In this document: in pieces, positions 1 through 11,374 of the stretch
Layout of the letters: each line of letters begins with the position of its first letter
Numbering within the stretch: the stretch's first letter is position 1
From: an uncultured delta proteobacterium
Lineage (GTDB): Bacteria > Desulfobacterota > Syntrophobacteria > Syntrophobacterales > Syntrophobacteraceae
Direction: 5' to 3'
Assembly: GCA_963808625.1 (NCBI GenBank)
Contig: CAWEHK010000054.1
Coordinates: 30,051-94,050, forward strand
Length of the DNA: 64,000 nt
Notes under the pieces: model-generated
What the model saw: only the letters and a program-made list of their open reading frames with translations
Told to the model about the DNA's origin: nothing
Database searches by the model: none
Program-made: the position numbers and the translations under genes

Positions 1-764
1 GGGTTCCTTCCTGCCAGCAGGCGAATGGCCTCAAAGGCCTGGAGACTCGCGATGACCGAAGGCGCCGGCCCCAGCACACCCATGGCGATTTCGGTTGGAT
101 CGCGAGACTTTCTCGTGCCGTAAATGGCTGACAAGTCGTGACGTGACCCCGGCATGAAGGTGCTGATCTGCCCCCACCAGCCGGTGGCGGCGGCATGAAT
201 GAAGGGAATTTCAAGACGGCGGGAAACTGCTGCGAGCAGAAATCGTGTGGGGAGATTATCCAGGGCGTCCAGGACCAAATCCATTCCGCGGAGCAAGTCG
301 TCAGCGTTGCTCTCGACGAGGATTTCGGGGAAGGCCTCAACCTCGAGCAAAGGATTGATGGCACGGACCTGCTCCTCGGCGACGCGGGCTTTCGGCTGTG
401 AGAGGTGCCGGGTATCACAGAGCCACTGCCGGTTCAAATTTGAGGGAGCGAAGGCATCGCCATCCACCAGCCGCAGCAGCCCGACGCCGACCCGGGCCAG
501 CAGATTGACCAGGACCCCACCCAGGCCGCCGCAGCCGCAGATCAGGACGCTGCTTCGGCAAATGCGGGTTTGCTCGGCGAGGGTTAAGGCATCGAAATTC
601 TTTACATACCGTAAGGGGACAATGCCGGCCTCCAAGGCGTCGATCTGTGCAGCTCGGGGATTGATGCCGTTTTCAAGAGACCATTCCAGGAGCTCCCGGT
701 CCTCTATCACCAGCCGGGACAGGCCGTCTTCTTCCGTGCGATAAGCCCTGTCGATAAGCTTCAA
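1..764 (-). CDS. HesA/MoeB/ThiF-family adenylyltransferase (3' end runs off the window)
   Basis: Not in the ORF track. Manual translation of the minus strand gives ...RYVKNFDALTLAEQTRICRSSVLICGCGGLGG...LVDGDAFAPSNLNRQ...DLVLDALDN, the classic E1-like motifs. The start (TTG at 764) is approximate. Confidence 0.88.
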   Translation of the reverse strand, partial: MKLIDRAYRTEEDGLSRLVIEDRELLEWSLENGINPRAAQIDALEAGIVPLRYVKNFDALTLAEQTRICRSSVLICGCGGLGGVLVNLLARVGVGLLRLVDGDAFAPSNLNRQWLCDTRHLSQPKARVAEEQVRAINPLLEVEAFPEILVESNADDLLRGMDLVLDALDNLPTRFLLAAVSRRLEIPFIHAAATGWWGQISTFMPGSRHDLSAIYGTRKSRDPTEIAMGVLGPAPSVIASLQAFEAIRLLAGRN

Positions 765-971
765 TGTGCCCTCGTCAAACCTTGGATGTGTCTTGCAGCA
801 TGAGCAAACAACCCAACCATAATGGCCTGACGCCGTAAGCTTTGAATCATTGCGCAAGCCGGGATATCTTTCAGAGGGGAATGACCGGAAACAACCCCCG
901 TTTTTACTGTTATCATGGATTTAGATTTATTTTCAATAGCATCACGAAACCTCCGGCACTCAACACTCAAC

Positions 972-1034
972 ACTGAGTAAATTCGTCTCACTCAAACTCA
1001 GCCATTTCTGGATTGCTGTAACGTTTTGTTGCAG
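972..1034 (+). promoter_or_regulatory. Putative enhancer (upstream activator) boxes for a sigma-54 activator
   Basis: ACTGAGTAAATTCGT (972-986) and TTTGTTGCAG (1025-1034) both recur with identical spacing at 20728 and 20781. Confidence 0.55.
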
Positions 1035-1118
1035 TCGCAAGAAGCCCCTTTTCCCAAGCAACAGAGATTTAATAAGAATATCAACCCACTCATCAATCCA
1101 AAGGTTGGCACTTTGTCT

Positions 1119-1133
1119 TGGCACAACTATTGC
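1119..1133 (+). promoter_or_regulatory. Sigma-54 (-24/-12) promoter of the lipoprotein operon
   Basis: TGGCAC-AACTA-TTGC is an exact match to the TGGCAC-N5-TTGC consensus, about 75 nt upstream of the ATG at 1208. Confidence 0.75.
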
Positions 1134-1207
1134 CTTTATGGTCAAACCGGCCTTGTCCATTCCAGGTCAAGGCTTCCCTTCCCCATAACCCAAAAGGAGA
1201 TAGTGGT

Positions 1208-1861
1208 ATGAGATGCTTTCGCGTATGTGTTGCAATGGTTAATTTGGTTGCTTTCCTCGCAGGATGCACCGCTCAAAGGCTGCCTGATTATTCGCCTCGG
1301 TCTGCGCAACAGTATCCCCACAAGGAGACCCAAAATGACTTGACGGTGGCGATTCATCCGATGACGCAAGAGAGCGAGGTTGAGCAGTATTTTGGGACGA
1401 ACCTGTTAGCGGACGACATCCTTCCCGTTGTCATCGTGGTCGAGAATCGAAACCCGGAGCTGCACTTTGTCATTCGAAAGGAGGAGATCAAGCTGGTAAA
1501 CCAGAGTGCTCAGCGTTTTGACCGGTCGAGCAATCCTGAAACCGTCGGCTCCACGACTTCCGAGAAAACAGCTGGAGCTCTTGCTGGTGCGGGTCTCCTC
1601 ATATTTCCGGTCCTTGGGTTTGTGGCCGTTGGAATGACTGGAAAGGTCTCCAGCGACGCGGAAGTGAGAAGGAATTTTGCCATGAAAGAGTTCCAGCAGA
1701 CAACGATCTCGCCTGGGGACTCCAAGTCCGGTTTCGTCTATTTCCAACTGCCCAAACCGGCAGACAGTCCTGCACAATGGCGGTTTCAAATTCAGGCTAT
1801 AGACGTGAAGAATAAAAGTTCGCTTCCGTTTATCTACGATTTTGATTGGAAGAGGAGGTAA
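1208..1861 (+). CDS. Lipoprotein of unknown function
   Basis: AAGGAG RBS before ATG 1208, signal peptide with lipobox LAGC, and an internal hydrophobic segment. Confidence 0.75.
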   Translation: MRCFRVCVAMVNLVAFLAGCTAQRLPDYSPRSAQQYPHKETQNDLTVAIHPMTQESEVEQYFGTNLLADDILPVVIVVENRNPELHFVIRKEEIKLVNQSAQRFDRSSNPETVGSTTSEKTAGALAGAGLLIFPVLGFVAVGMTGKVSSDAEVRRNFAMKEFQQTTISPGDSKSGFVYFQLPKPADSPAQWRFQIQAIDVKNKSSLPFIYDFDWKRR

Positions 1862-1863
1862 TA

Positions 1864-2475
1864 ATGACAGCCCGACCGAAGGTATGGAATATTTCATTGA
1901 TGATGGTGGCCATTGGCCTTCTTGCTATGGGTTGTACTACTATTTATGACGTACCCAAGCAACCCGTCGTGTTTCCCGCAGCCGACAAGGTAAATATGAT
2001 CGTTGAGCTTCGCCTTACTGACGCACTCTGCAACGCGACATGGGTAAAACACCATTTGGGTGATACTTTTATTTTGCCAATTGGAGGGCCGTTATGCATG
2101 AACTCCGAGGCAGTCGCCCGTTCCGTCTTCACCGATGTAATCGTCACTAAAGATGCTACTACCTCCGGCACGACCGGTGCTGATGCCGTCCTCACACCAA
2201 GCCTCGCCGCAATCGAACGCGATCGGCCAGTTACGGGTTTTACAGATCAGACCACCTCCATTTTGTTCAATTGGTCACTCAACGACCCCAATGGCCTGCC
2301 GATCTGGGTGACGTCGATTTCCGGAGACGGGAAAGGCCCAATGCACAATCTCGGCTCTACGGATGCGGCATACGAGCAGACCGAGAAGGTGCTTCAGGAT
2401 GTATTCCGAAAATCATACCGTGAGATGACGAGTGCTCCCTCGATCCGTGAGTTTGCAGCCACTCTGCACAAATGA
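1864..2475 (+). CDS. Lipoprotein, tandem paralog 1
   Basis: GGAGG RBS, lipobox AMGC, 203 aa; highly similar to 2840-3451. Confidence 0.8.
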   Translation: MTARPKVWNISLMMVAIGLLAMGCTTIYDVPKQPVVFPAADKVNMIVELRLTDALCNATWVKHHLGDTFILPIGGPLCMNSEAVARSVFTDVIVTKDATTSGTTGADAVLTPSLAAIERDRPVTGFTDQTTSILFNWSLNDPNGLPIWVTSISGDGKGPMHNLGSTDAAYEQTEKVLQDVFRKSYREMTSAPSIREFAATLHK

Positions 2476-2657
2476 AAATCATGCGTAGTGGTCGGCTCTC
2501 GCTTTGACACGGGAATGACTTCCAAAGCATCTCCCATGCTCACGCGTGCGCCGCCTCAACGCGTGTCTCGGGGGGCGTCGTAGGGGGAGAGTATGGGATT
2601 CGTCGATCTCTTCAGGCGTGGTGCCAAAAGTGGCGCGAGTAGAGAAACTGAATAACA

Positions 2658-2835
2658 GTGAAAGAGTTCCAGCAGACAACGATCTTGCCTGGAGAATCCA
2701 AATCCTGGTTCGTGTATTTTCAACTCTCCACGATGGCAGACAGCCCTTCACAATGGCGGTTCGAGATTTAGGCTGTAGACCTGAAAAATAGAAACTCACT
2801 TACGTCTACCAACGTCTTTGATTGGAAAAGGAGCT
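2658..2835 (+). pseudogene. Degenerate duplicate of the 3' end of the 1208-1861 lipoprotein gene
   Basis: GAAAGAGTTCCAGCAGACAACGATCT...CACAATGGCGGTT...TTTGATTGGAA matches 1684-1851, with indels. Confidence 0.75.
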
Positions 2836-2839
2836 GATC

Positions 2840-3451
2840 ATGACAGTCCAACCAAAAGTATGGAATATTTCACTCATGATGGTGGCTATAGGCTTTCTTG
2901 CCATGGGTTGTACTCATATTTATGATGTACCCAAGCAACCCGTTGTGTTTCCCGCAGCCGACAAGGTTAATATGACCGTCGAGCTTCGCCTCACTGACGC
3001 CCTCTGCAACGCGACGTGGGAAAAACGGGGAATGAGTGACACCTTTATTTTGCCCATTGGAACCCCACTGTGCATGAATTCGGAGGCCGTCGCCCGTTCT
3101 GTGTTCACTGATGTCATAGTCACGAAAGATACGGCTGCCTCCCGCACGACCAATGCCGATGCTTTGCTCATACCAAGCTTCGTGGCCCTCGAACGCGACC
3201 GGCCGGCGACACTTGGCTCACTTCAGACTACTTCGATCCTATTCAATTGGTCGCTCAACGACCCCAATGGCCTGCCGATCTGGGTGACAACAATTTCTGG
3301 AGACGGGAAAGGCCCCATGCGCCATCCCATGTTTAAGGATGCGGCTTACGAACAAACTGAGAAAGCACTGCAGGATGTATTTCAAAAATCATTCCGTGAG
3401 ATGACGAGTTCTCCTTTAATCCGTGAGTTTGCAGCTAATCTGCACAAATGA
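2840..3451 (+). CDS. Lipoprotein, tandem paralog 2
   Basis: AAGGAG RBS, lipobox AMGC, and the same length (612 nt) as paralog 1. Confidence 0.8.
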   Translation: MTVQPKVWNISLMMVAIGFLAMGCTHIYDVPKQPVVFPAADKVNMTVELRLTDALCNATWEKRGMSDTFILPIGTPLCMNSEAVARSVFTDVIVTKDTAASRTTNADALLIPSFVALERDRPATLGSLQTTSILFNWSLNDPNGLPIWVTTISGDGKGPMRHPMFKDAAYEQTEKALQDVFQKSFREMTSSPLIREFAANLHK

Positions 3452-3564
3452 AAACTATCCTTAAATGGTAAGGGGTATGAGTGTGAGTGGAACCGATGGT
3501 GGCTGCGACTCTTTCGGAATGACGACGGAAAGGGGGGATGCTGTCGAGCATTTTTGTCATTAAC

Positions 3565-3698
3565 TAGACAGTGGTAAGTTCTCCAGAAATCCTAAGGTCT
3601 CATCTGCTAAGTGCTTGAAATTCCTCATTTGGACAATTTGAGATGTCATTCCATGGACCTAACAATTTCAGCAACTTACGAGAACTTACCACTGTCCA
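3565..3698. mobile_element. MITE (non-autonomous IS derivative), 134 bp
   Basis: 19-bp terminal inverted repeats TAGACAGTGGTAAGTTCTC / GAGAACTTACCACTGTCCA (1 mismatch), flanked by the 9-bp direct repeat GTCATTAAC (3556-3564 and 3699-3707). Confidence 0.8.
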
Positions 3699-4015
3699 GT
3701 CATTAACATCAATAGAATGAACTTTGGGCACAAGTCATGAGACTGTATGGGAAGAATCTCTGGGGATGTGACGGTCACACGCCGTCCACAGCGCGGCATA
3801 GCCGCAACCAAAATTGGGTCGGAATTTCAACGACACCAATAGGTTCCAAAGAAAATCTTGTCAAGAAAACAAGAAACTCAGGATTAGTATCACAGAGGGC
3901 AAGAATACTAATGGAATCAATCATCACCTACCGGTGTCGCTTGCGGGTGAGGGCGGCCTGAGAATAATTGGGCATCGTTCTAAACGAGGCACACCTTGTC
4001 GAAAAGGAGTTAGTC

Positions 4016-5208
4016 ATGAGAAGAAGTATCATTTTAGTCTTAGTCTTTGTTGCCGTTATCTTCGGGTGGAACTCGTCCGCCAAAGCAGATAGTACACTTA
4101 CTATTAGCTTCGACGAACTTCCTGTTGGCGGTCTTAGATTTGTGCCAGCTGATTCCTATATGTCTCTCGGCGTCGTCTTCAGCCGAGATATTCCAATTTA
4201 CAGTGTCGCAGCCGTAGAACCGGATTGGTGGGTCCAGAAATTCCAGGCCGGTGGAGGTACACTGCCGAACGTGATGGGCTTAAGCCCAAATGTTGATACA
4301 GGAGGGCGTACAATTGACATGGTCTTTGTAGTACCGGGAACAAACATACCGACGACTACCGATTTCATCAGTGCTTTGTTTGCCGATACAGAGGTTGGAT
4401 CGACCATTGGTCTTTTTGAAGCTTTCGATATCAATGGAAACCTGATTGGCTGGCCGGTCCCACCACGCCGGATTCTTCTACTTTAACCCTCCAATTCAAT
4501 ATGCCTGGAATAGCATGGGTGCGCTTTTCCGATATTGACGACGGGTTCGAAGTTGATAATATCTCTTTCAAAAAACCAAACAAGCCCCCCGTCATCAAGT
4601 CCTTCAAAGCAGTTCCAAAATCTGGCGCACCACCCTTGGCTGTAACTTTAGTGCGTTGCCAAAGATCAGGACGGGACGATAGCGGAATACCGATGGGATT
4701 TTGGAGATAATCAGGACCGCTACCACGACAGCGGGCACCACGTCGCACACTTACAGGGAGAGGGCACATTCATAGCGAAAGTCACGGTGGTTGACAACGA
4801 TGGTGGTAAAACCACCTCAAGGATATTCCCATAAGAGTCGTTCTACGGCGCCGGACCTGACAGGGAAGATCGAGCTGTTTAACTTTGACGAAGTGAACCA
4901 CAAAGTGAAAATTAAGTTGCGGGTCTCCAATAGTGGAGACTTGCCGGCGAAACCTTTCGATGTTTCCTTTCCATCTGTCCGATGATGGCACAACGCCATT
5001 GGACCCTGTATTCAAGGTGATCAGAGCCAAAAATGGATTGAAGGCAGGAGCAAGTATTGCTCCCCAAGTTGATGTGAAGTTCCATGATTCGATTTACGGG
5101 AAATATATTTTGATCTTCATTGACTCAGAGAAACCCGAGAAGTCTACAGAGATCGACGAAACAAACAACGGGATAAGGCTGGTTATTCAACCCATGGTGA
5201 CACACTGA
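4016..5208 (+). CDS. Secreted protein with PKD and CARDB-like C-terminal domains (frameshifted)
   Basis: Signal peptide MRRSIILVLVFVAVIFGWNSSAKA. The pieces PPVIKSFKAVPKSGAPPLAV, WDFGD, VTVVDNDGG and SIYGKYILIFID..EIDETNNG lie across several frames. Paralogous to the C-terminus of 21100-22830. Confidence 0.7.
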
Positions 5209-5525
5209 TCGCGATGGGCAGCGTATTGTGCCCAAGTTGAATTAGCATCTCTTATCGAATATCAGCAACTTAGAGGGCGGGGTCATGCAGGGGGGCTCTG
5301 CCTTCTTTCTTCCTAAGATTCCACAATCTAATTTTTCAAATTGCTTAAGCACTTAACTCAGCTGACCAGAACAGATGAGCACGACCACCGAAAGGTAGGA
5401 GAAGACATTCTTGACGTTGTGTGCTATCCTTAAATCATTATGAAAAACGGGTTGAGGGTGCAACGGCCATATCCCGGAACGATTTCTCAGTTATGAGGCC
5501 AAGAACCAACCAGGGAGCAGAGACA

Positions 5526-5828
5526 ATGCTGGGTGTCGAGTTTCACAAGAGCACAAAGAAAATGCTGGAAGAGCCATTCCTGGAAGGCGTCACTCTCGAT
5601 GAGAAGATCCGGCTGCTCCTTAAATCGGAATATTTGCGACGAATGGCCCGTTACCGCCACGTAGAACACCTGATGGTGAGCAAGTACGGTATGTCATTCG
5701 ACCAGTTTGTGGCCCGTCGCATGGTTAGGGAGAAAGGGTTTTCCTGGGATGTGGAATCCGATGCAATGGACTGGGAGACCGCCATCAGCGGGATGAAGAC
5801 CATGGAACGGAAACTCTCGGAACTGTAA
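5526..5828 (+). CDS. Small hypothetical protein, antitoxin-like
   Basis: GGGAG RBS; 100 aa with a KYGMSFDQF...DAMDWE pattern typical of small TA-associated proteins. Confidence 0.55.
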   Translation: MLGVEFHKSTKKMLEEPFLEGVTLDEKIRLLLKSEYLRRMARYRHVEHLMVSKYGMSFDQFVARRMVREKGFSWDVESDAMDWETAISGMKTMERKLSEL

Positions 5829-6169
5829 CAGGTCCAGGACGTATACGACATGCGACCTCCGTGCTGAGGCTCAGGAAGCCACGGTGCAGAGCTGGTTCGT
5901 ACATGATGTGCCTAGAGCGAATCGTCCCGAGGTCCAGGCACTATTTTACCGGAAGCTTCACGACAAACGCTGTGCCCTTCCCCGCTTCGCTCTCGCAGGT
6001 GATGGTCACATGAAGAGTATCCCCAATGGGCTTTCAACCCAGAATTTGATTCCCTCCTTCATGAATGGATTCATTTTTCGATCAATGTCTTCAGCAATGA
6101 TATGATAAGATAAATGGCAGTGGCGGAAGGTATTCCTGGAACCATTGCAGCTCAAGGATCAACAGCCGA

Positions 6170-6460
6170 ATGACAATCGCGGAGATTTTGAAGACCAAGC
6201 GGGAAGAAATTCTGCGACTGGCAGCGAAATATGGGGCGCGCAATGTGCGCCTGTTCGGGTCGGTTGCGCGGGGAGAAGCCGGTCCTGGGAGTGATGTGGA
6301 TTTTCTGGTGGAGATCGATCCAGGACGCAGTCTTATGGACCATGTCAGCCTCCTTCAGGATCTCGAGGATGTCCTTGGCTGCACGGTGGACGTAGTGAAT
6401 GAGAAGGCCCTGCACCAACATATCCGCGACCGCGTTCGACAGGAGGCGGTTCCACTGTGA
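6170..6460 (+). CDS. Minimal nucleotidyltransferase (MNT) antitoxin
   Basis: LFGSVARGEAGPGSDVDFLV motif. Confidence 0.9.
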   Translation: MTIAEILKTKREEILRLAAKYGARNVRLFGSVARGEAGPGSDVDFLVEIDPGRSLMDHVSLLQDLEDVLGCTVDVVNEKALHQHIRDRVRQEAVPL

Positions 6461-6793
6461 AAGACCCCCTACTTTACATTATCCACATTCATCAGTCTTT
6501 GGAGAAAATCCTGGATTACACTCGTGGCGGACGTGAAGCTTTCTTGGCCGACCCCAAGACCCAGGATGCGGTTATCCGCAATTTTGAGGTGATTGGCGAG
6601 GCAGCCAAACGCCTCCCCGAGTTCATCGTCCTCTACCCCCAAATTCCATGGCGGAGGATGGCCGGGTTTCGAGATATTTTGATTCACGCAGACCGATCGT
6701 GTGGACATGGACGAAATCTGGAACATCGTTGAACAGCATGTCGCACATCTTTTCGCGGAGATCAATGGCATCCGCAAAGCAATGCAGAGATGA
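6457..6793 (+). CDS. HEPN (DUF86) toxin, frameshifted near 6690
   Basis: DAVIRNFEVIGEA...IPWRRMAGFRDILIH (RX4H), continuing in another frame as DRVDMDEIWNIVEQH...AMQR*. Overlaps the MNT stop codon. Confidence 0.85.
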
Positions 6794-6903
6794 GAAGCTG
6801 AGGTTCCGGCCGACCAGTTGCGCACTGTGTTAGTCCCCGACCCGAACTTGCGCAGTCGTTCCTATCCTGATGCACCTACCGGGACAGATCCCCTGAGCAA
6901 CAG

Positions 6904-8707
6904 CTATCTTGCTGGCAGCTTCATGATGAATACCGTCCCCTTCCCCGGTTCGCTCTCGCAGGCGATGGTCCCCCGGTGGGCCTCGATGATGGTTTTGCAG
7001 ATGGCGAGGCCGAGGCCGGTGCCTTGTTTTCCCTTGGTGGTGAAGAAGGGGTCGAAAATCTTCTCCCTGATGTCGGGGCTGATCCCCGGCCCGGTGTCGG
7101 CGATGGTCACCTGAAGCGCATCCCCGGTGACCTTCCCGGTGATTTCAATGCGGCCCCCGGCGCCCACGGCTTCGAGACTGTTTTTCACGAGATTGGTGAA
7201 CACCTGGTGCATGAGGCGCTGATCGATGGTGACTGGAGGGAGCTCGGGCGGCCAGTCGAGGTGAATCGCAATCCCTTTGCTTTCGGCCTGGGCCTCGAAC
7301 ACATAGAGGAGCTCCCGGAGCGTCCCCTCCAGTGACGCCCGCTGCAGCTTGAGCTCCGGTTTCTTGGCAAACTGCAGGAAATTCTGGATAAAGGTCCTGA
7401 CCCGCGCGGCATCCTTTTCCATGATGGCGATGGCCCTTTCGCTGGCGGGACTGAGCGTTTCCTTTTTCAACACATTCAGGGTGAGGCCCATGTTGTTGAG
7501 AAGGTTCCCCACCTCATGCGTGACCTTGCTCGAGGTGGCCCCAAGGGTCGCCAGGTTTCTCGCATGAACGAGCTCCCGTGCGCGTCTCCACCTCCCGCTC
7601 GATGAACTGCTTCAGGGAATCGGCCATTTCGTTAAAAGCCGTCCCCAGTTCCCCGATTTCATCCTCGGACGCAATGTCAATTCGCTGATCGAGCTCGCCC
7701 CGGCCATACTTCTCAACCTGGTGGTGCAGGGTCCCGCACCGGCAGGAGAAAATGCCTGACTCGAGACCAGGTCAGGGCCACCGCCGCCAGGCAGACGAAA
7801 AGGGTGATCGCCAGCGCCAACCAGAAATTCTGATAGAGATACGCATAGATCTCGCGCTCTCTCTGGCTGAGCACAATGAACCAATCGGAGCCTGGAATGC
7901 TGCCGCCCAGGCAGTAGTAGGTTCCGTCATCACGCTTTTCCGACCACGCAACCGGGGCGTCCGGAGACTCACGGAGCTTCTCCAGGACGCCGGGCGGCAC
8001 TCCCGGAAGTTCCTTGATAACGCGGTCGATTTCCCGGTGGCCGATGAGCTTTCCCGTGGCATCCAGAATAGTAGACCATGCCGCTTTCGCCGATCTGGAT
8101 GCCTTCCAGGACATCCCAGATCGCCTTGAGGTTCAGTTCCGCCAGCAGCACCTGGCTCACCTGGCCCAGTCGAAATACCGGCGCGGCGATAAAGAGGTAG
8201 GGGATGTGCTCCTTGGTGACCATTGACTCCCGAGGCGGCCATTCGCCCGGCCAACGCTTCACGGTAAACTTCGAGCTGATCCGGCGCCGTTTCACTCAGG
8301 CGTTGACCCACTGCTACCGGGTCTTCTCCATCCGGCGAGACGAGGGAAAGCCAGACGAACTCGGCGGCAATATGATGGAATGCCGTCAGCGCCATCTCCT
8401 GCTGCCACCGGTCCACCTTTGTCGCCGCCAGCACCCAGGCGAGGCTCTCCAACCCGTTTCTGGCATCGCCCAGGAACGCCCGGATTTCGCCTGCCGAGCT
8501 CTTGATGATATTGGTGTAATCCTGTCGGACCGTTTCTCTGAAGCTCAGGTAGCTGGTCCAGGAGAGGACAAGACCGGTCACAGCGATGGCAAAGACCAGC
8601 AGGGGCAGGAGAAAGCGAAGAACTCGAGCGAGCAGTCTGCTCTTTCTGAACTCTTTGACCGCCTGGTGCAGTCCCAAAATCCTCGGCATAGGTCTGGCAA
8701 CTTTCAA
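6904..8707 (-). CDS. Membrane sensor histidine kinase (Cache-like, HAMP, HisKA/HATPase), frameshifted
   Basis: N-terminal TM helix, periplasmic domain with LDATGKLIGH, second TM helix, DEIGEL HAMP, HEVGNLLN H-box, and DTGPGI...FDPFFTTK..GTGLGL, distributed over several frames. Confidence 0.85.
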
Positions 8708-8918
8708 GAAAGAAGCTCACATCAACTCAAACTAAGTTTACCATAACCTTTTGCAGACCTGGCCCTTGCGAATCAGAGCAGTGTGCGCTCCATAACCTGC
8801 TGCCTACAAAAATTCAATGCTGATAGCCAGCTCCCATCGGCGTATCGGCATGTCCGGCTTGACCCGGAGGACGGAAAGAAGTATTTTGGGAATCGAAACT
8901 TCCACTTTGAGGCGCAAA

Positions 8919-10120
8919 ATGGAAATAATACCTCGATTTTTCCGGGTCCCTTCGCAGAGTTTCTTCCTTTTCGGCCCTCGTGGTACGGGAAAGTCGACCT
9001 GGCTGCGTCATGAACTGCCGGATGCGCTCTTCGTGGACCTGTCAGGCCCGAGGTGCACCGCGAACTGAGCGCTCACCCCGAGCACCTGAGGGAACTGGTT
9101 CTCGGATCTCCCGACCGCCATACCGTCGTCGTCGATGAAGTGCAGCGGGTGCCCGAGCTCCTCAACGTGGTGCACGACCTGATGTCAAAGCCCGTTTTCC
9201 CGCGTTTTGTCCTCACCGGTTCGAGTGCTCGCAAGCTGCGGCGTGGCGGCGTCGATTTGCTCGCCGGACGGGCGCTCTTGTGCACTCTCCACCCCTTCAT
9301 GGCTGGGGAATTGGGGGATTTTCATGTGGCCCGGGCGCTGCGCCAGGGACTCTTGCCTCTTGCGGTCGCTTCTCCTTACCCCGATGACGTTCTCAAGGCC
9401 TACGCTTCTCTCTATCTCGAACAAGAAGTCCAGGTCGAGGGATGGGCCAGGAACGTGCCCAATTTCGCCCGATTCCTCGAAGCAATCAGTTTTTCCCATG
9501 CCGCCGTTTTGAACATCAGCAATGTTGCTCGAGAATGTCATATCGAGCGCAAGACCGTGGCAACTTACGTCGAAGTCCTTGAAGATCTCCTGCTCGCCTT
9601 TCGTGTGCCGGTGTTCTCGCGTCGCGCAAATCGTGAAACAGCTGCCCACCCCAAATTTTATCTCTTTGACGCCGGCGTTTTTGGCTCAATCCGGCCGCGG
9701 GGGCCCCTGGATCGCCCCGAGGAAATCGCGAACGCTGCGCTGGAAGGTCTGGTAGCACAGCACTTGCGTGCCTGGATCGCCTACTCGGCCCATCAGGCCG
9801 GTCTTTTCTACTGGCGCACTCGTTCCGGGGTCGAAGTGGACTTCATCGTCTACGGTGAAGCGGGTTTCTGGGCCATCGAGGTAAAGAATACCGCCCGCGT
9901 GCGGCCGCAGGACTTGCGGCCGCTCAAGGCCTTCGTCTCAGACTATCCGGAATGCTGCCCATGCCTTCTCTATCGCGGGGATGAGCGACTGAAAATTGGG
10001 GGGATCTGGTGCCTGCCCGTAGGAGAGTTCTTACACCGGTTGCACCCTTCCCAAAGGCTTAATGACTGGCTTGGGCCCCGTGATGACAGCAATTCCACAA
10101 GTATCAGCCCTTCCTCCTGA
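8919..10120 (+). CDS. AAA_14 / DUF4143 ATPase, frameshifted near 9050
   Basis: GPRGTGKST Walker A, VDEVQ Walker B, TGSSA, and C-terminal YWRTRSGVEVDF..IEVK. Confidence 0.88.
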
Positions 10121-10627
10121 CTTCAACCGTGAAGGTCGCAACCTGGGCGTTGCTTTCTTCCGCTTGACGGATGATTTCCGCAAAGCGGTCCGGTCCGATT
10201 TCCACCTCGTTCTCACTGATCGCCAGCGGACCGGCAGAGTAAAAGAGGAAGAGCTGGTTAATCCCGACATCATCCTCGGAGAATACCGGTGTAATGTGCA
10301 GTGGCTGCAAAACCTCCCTGTTTTCGTACAGGACCACAATGTCCTTCCGATCTCGTCGAATCATCAGGAGCGGAGGATCATAAAGGCCTCCTGCGCCCCA
10401 TCCGCCTCCGTATGGACCGCGCGGAAGGCATCCGGCATCCGCCGGAATTCCCACCTTCCCCTGGCCAGAACAAAGTTGACCAGGGCGACCAGCCGAAATT
10501 TTTTGAACTCCTCTCCGGAGACATTCTTCGACTCACCTTTGCCTTCGGAGAACGTGAAATCTTTTGTCTTCTCCCACAGGAAAGCAAACAATTCCGGGTG
10601 ATTTTCATCATCGACATGAGACTGCAT
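10104..10627 (-). CDS. Hypothetical protein, probably one frameshifted gene
   Basis: Two overlapping protein-like ORFs (10364-10627 and 10104-10454) in the same orientation as the peptide/kinase block. Confidence 0.45.
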
Positions 10628-10754
10628 GGCGCCGATTTACCCTTCCCTTCATGTTGATCAGCCTGATCAGCGAGAACCTCGCAAACAAGTTCCCACCATT
10701 TAGAGCGTGTCAAAAAAGCTCTCACTGGATGAGCTCTCAAAACTGGCTTACTCT

Positions 10755-10823
10755 GTCAACCCGGCGGAAGCAGGGATCCAGAATCCCGCGGAAAACCTGG
10801 ATTCCGGCTTTCGCCGGAATGAC
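10755..10823. repeat. GTCAT(T/C)CC...GGAATGAC palindromic REP-like element
   Basis: GTCAACCCGGCGGAAGCAGGGATCCAG...CTGGATTCCGGCTTTCGCCGGAATGAC. Related copies at about 20298-20368, 23896-23992, 28519-28543, 39798-39867 and 54263-54339. Confidence 0.75.
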
Positions 10824-11374
10824 GGTCAAACGCATTTTGACGATTTTGAGGTAATTACTTAACAGCTTCCTCCATTCCGATCAACCACCATCGGAGTCCT
10901 GTCCATTTCTTCCACTCCCGACCGGTTCCCGGTCTCGCCATCGATACTGATGTCAAGAGGCCGGGCAGCAGTGACTGGGGAGTGGCCCCATTCATTGCCT
11001 GCTGCCGAATCCCAGTTGCTGCCAAGGCGATTTCCGGCAAAATGCCTCACCGCCTGCGCCCTCTTGCCCCGGTGCTGGGGAGGGTGCCGCCTGAATGCCC
11101 TGGCAAGTGGAGAAAATTTCAACGGTGTTGACTGCCAGGAAGAGGCCATTTGGCTTATCCTCGATGAGCACATAAGGCAGCAGGTACTAACCGCGCTTTC
11201 ATCGAAAAATGTGCCCATGGCAAGGGAAGCGGTTTGATGGGGGCTGGGTTGAAACAGTGACAATGATAGCGAATGGGCTACTCACACAGGTGGATCGCCC
11301 CACAAGCACCGAATGCCCTTGTGGGCGGACCCTGTCGTGAAGAGACGCATGCTCATGAAACGGGTCCACGGGGG

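Noticed and set aside
1864..3451. DGR template/variable repeat pair
   Set aside because: Differences between the copies are not adenine-specific and include many synonymous changes across the full length, so this is an ordinary older duplication.
10859..11263. 134-aa minus-strand ORF downstream of the peptide
   Set aside because: Atypical composition, no clear RBS and no motif; it cannot be supported as a gene.
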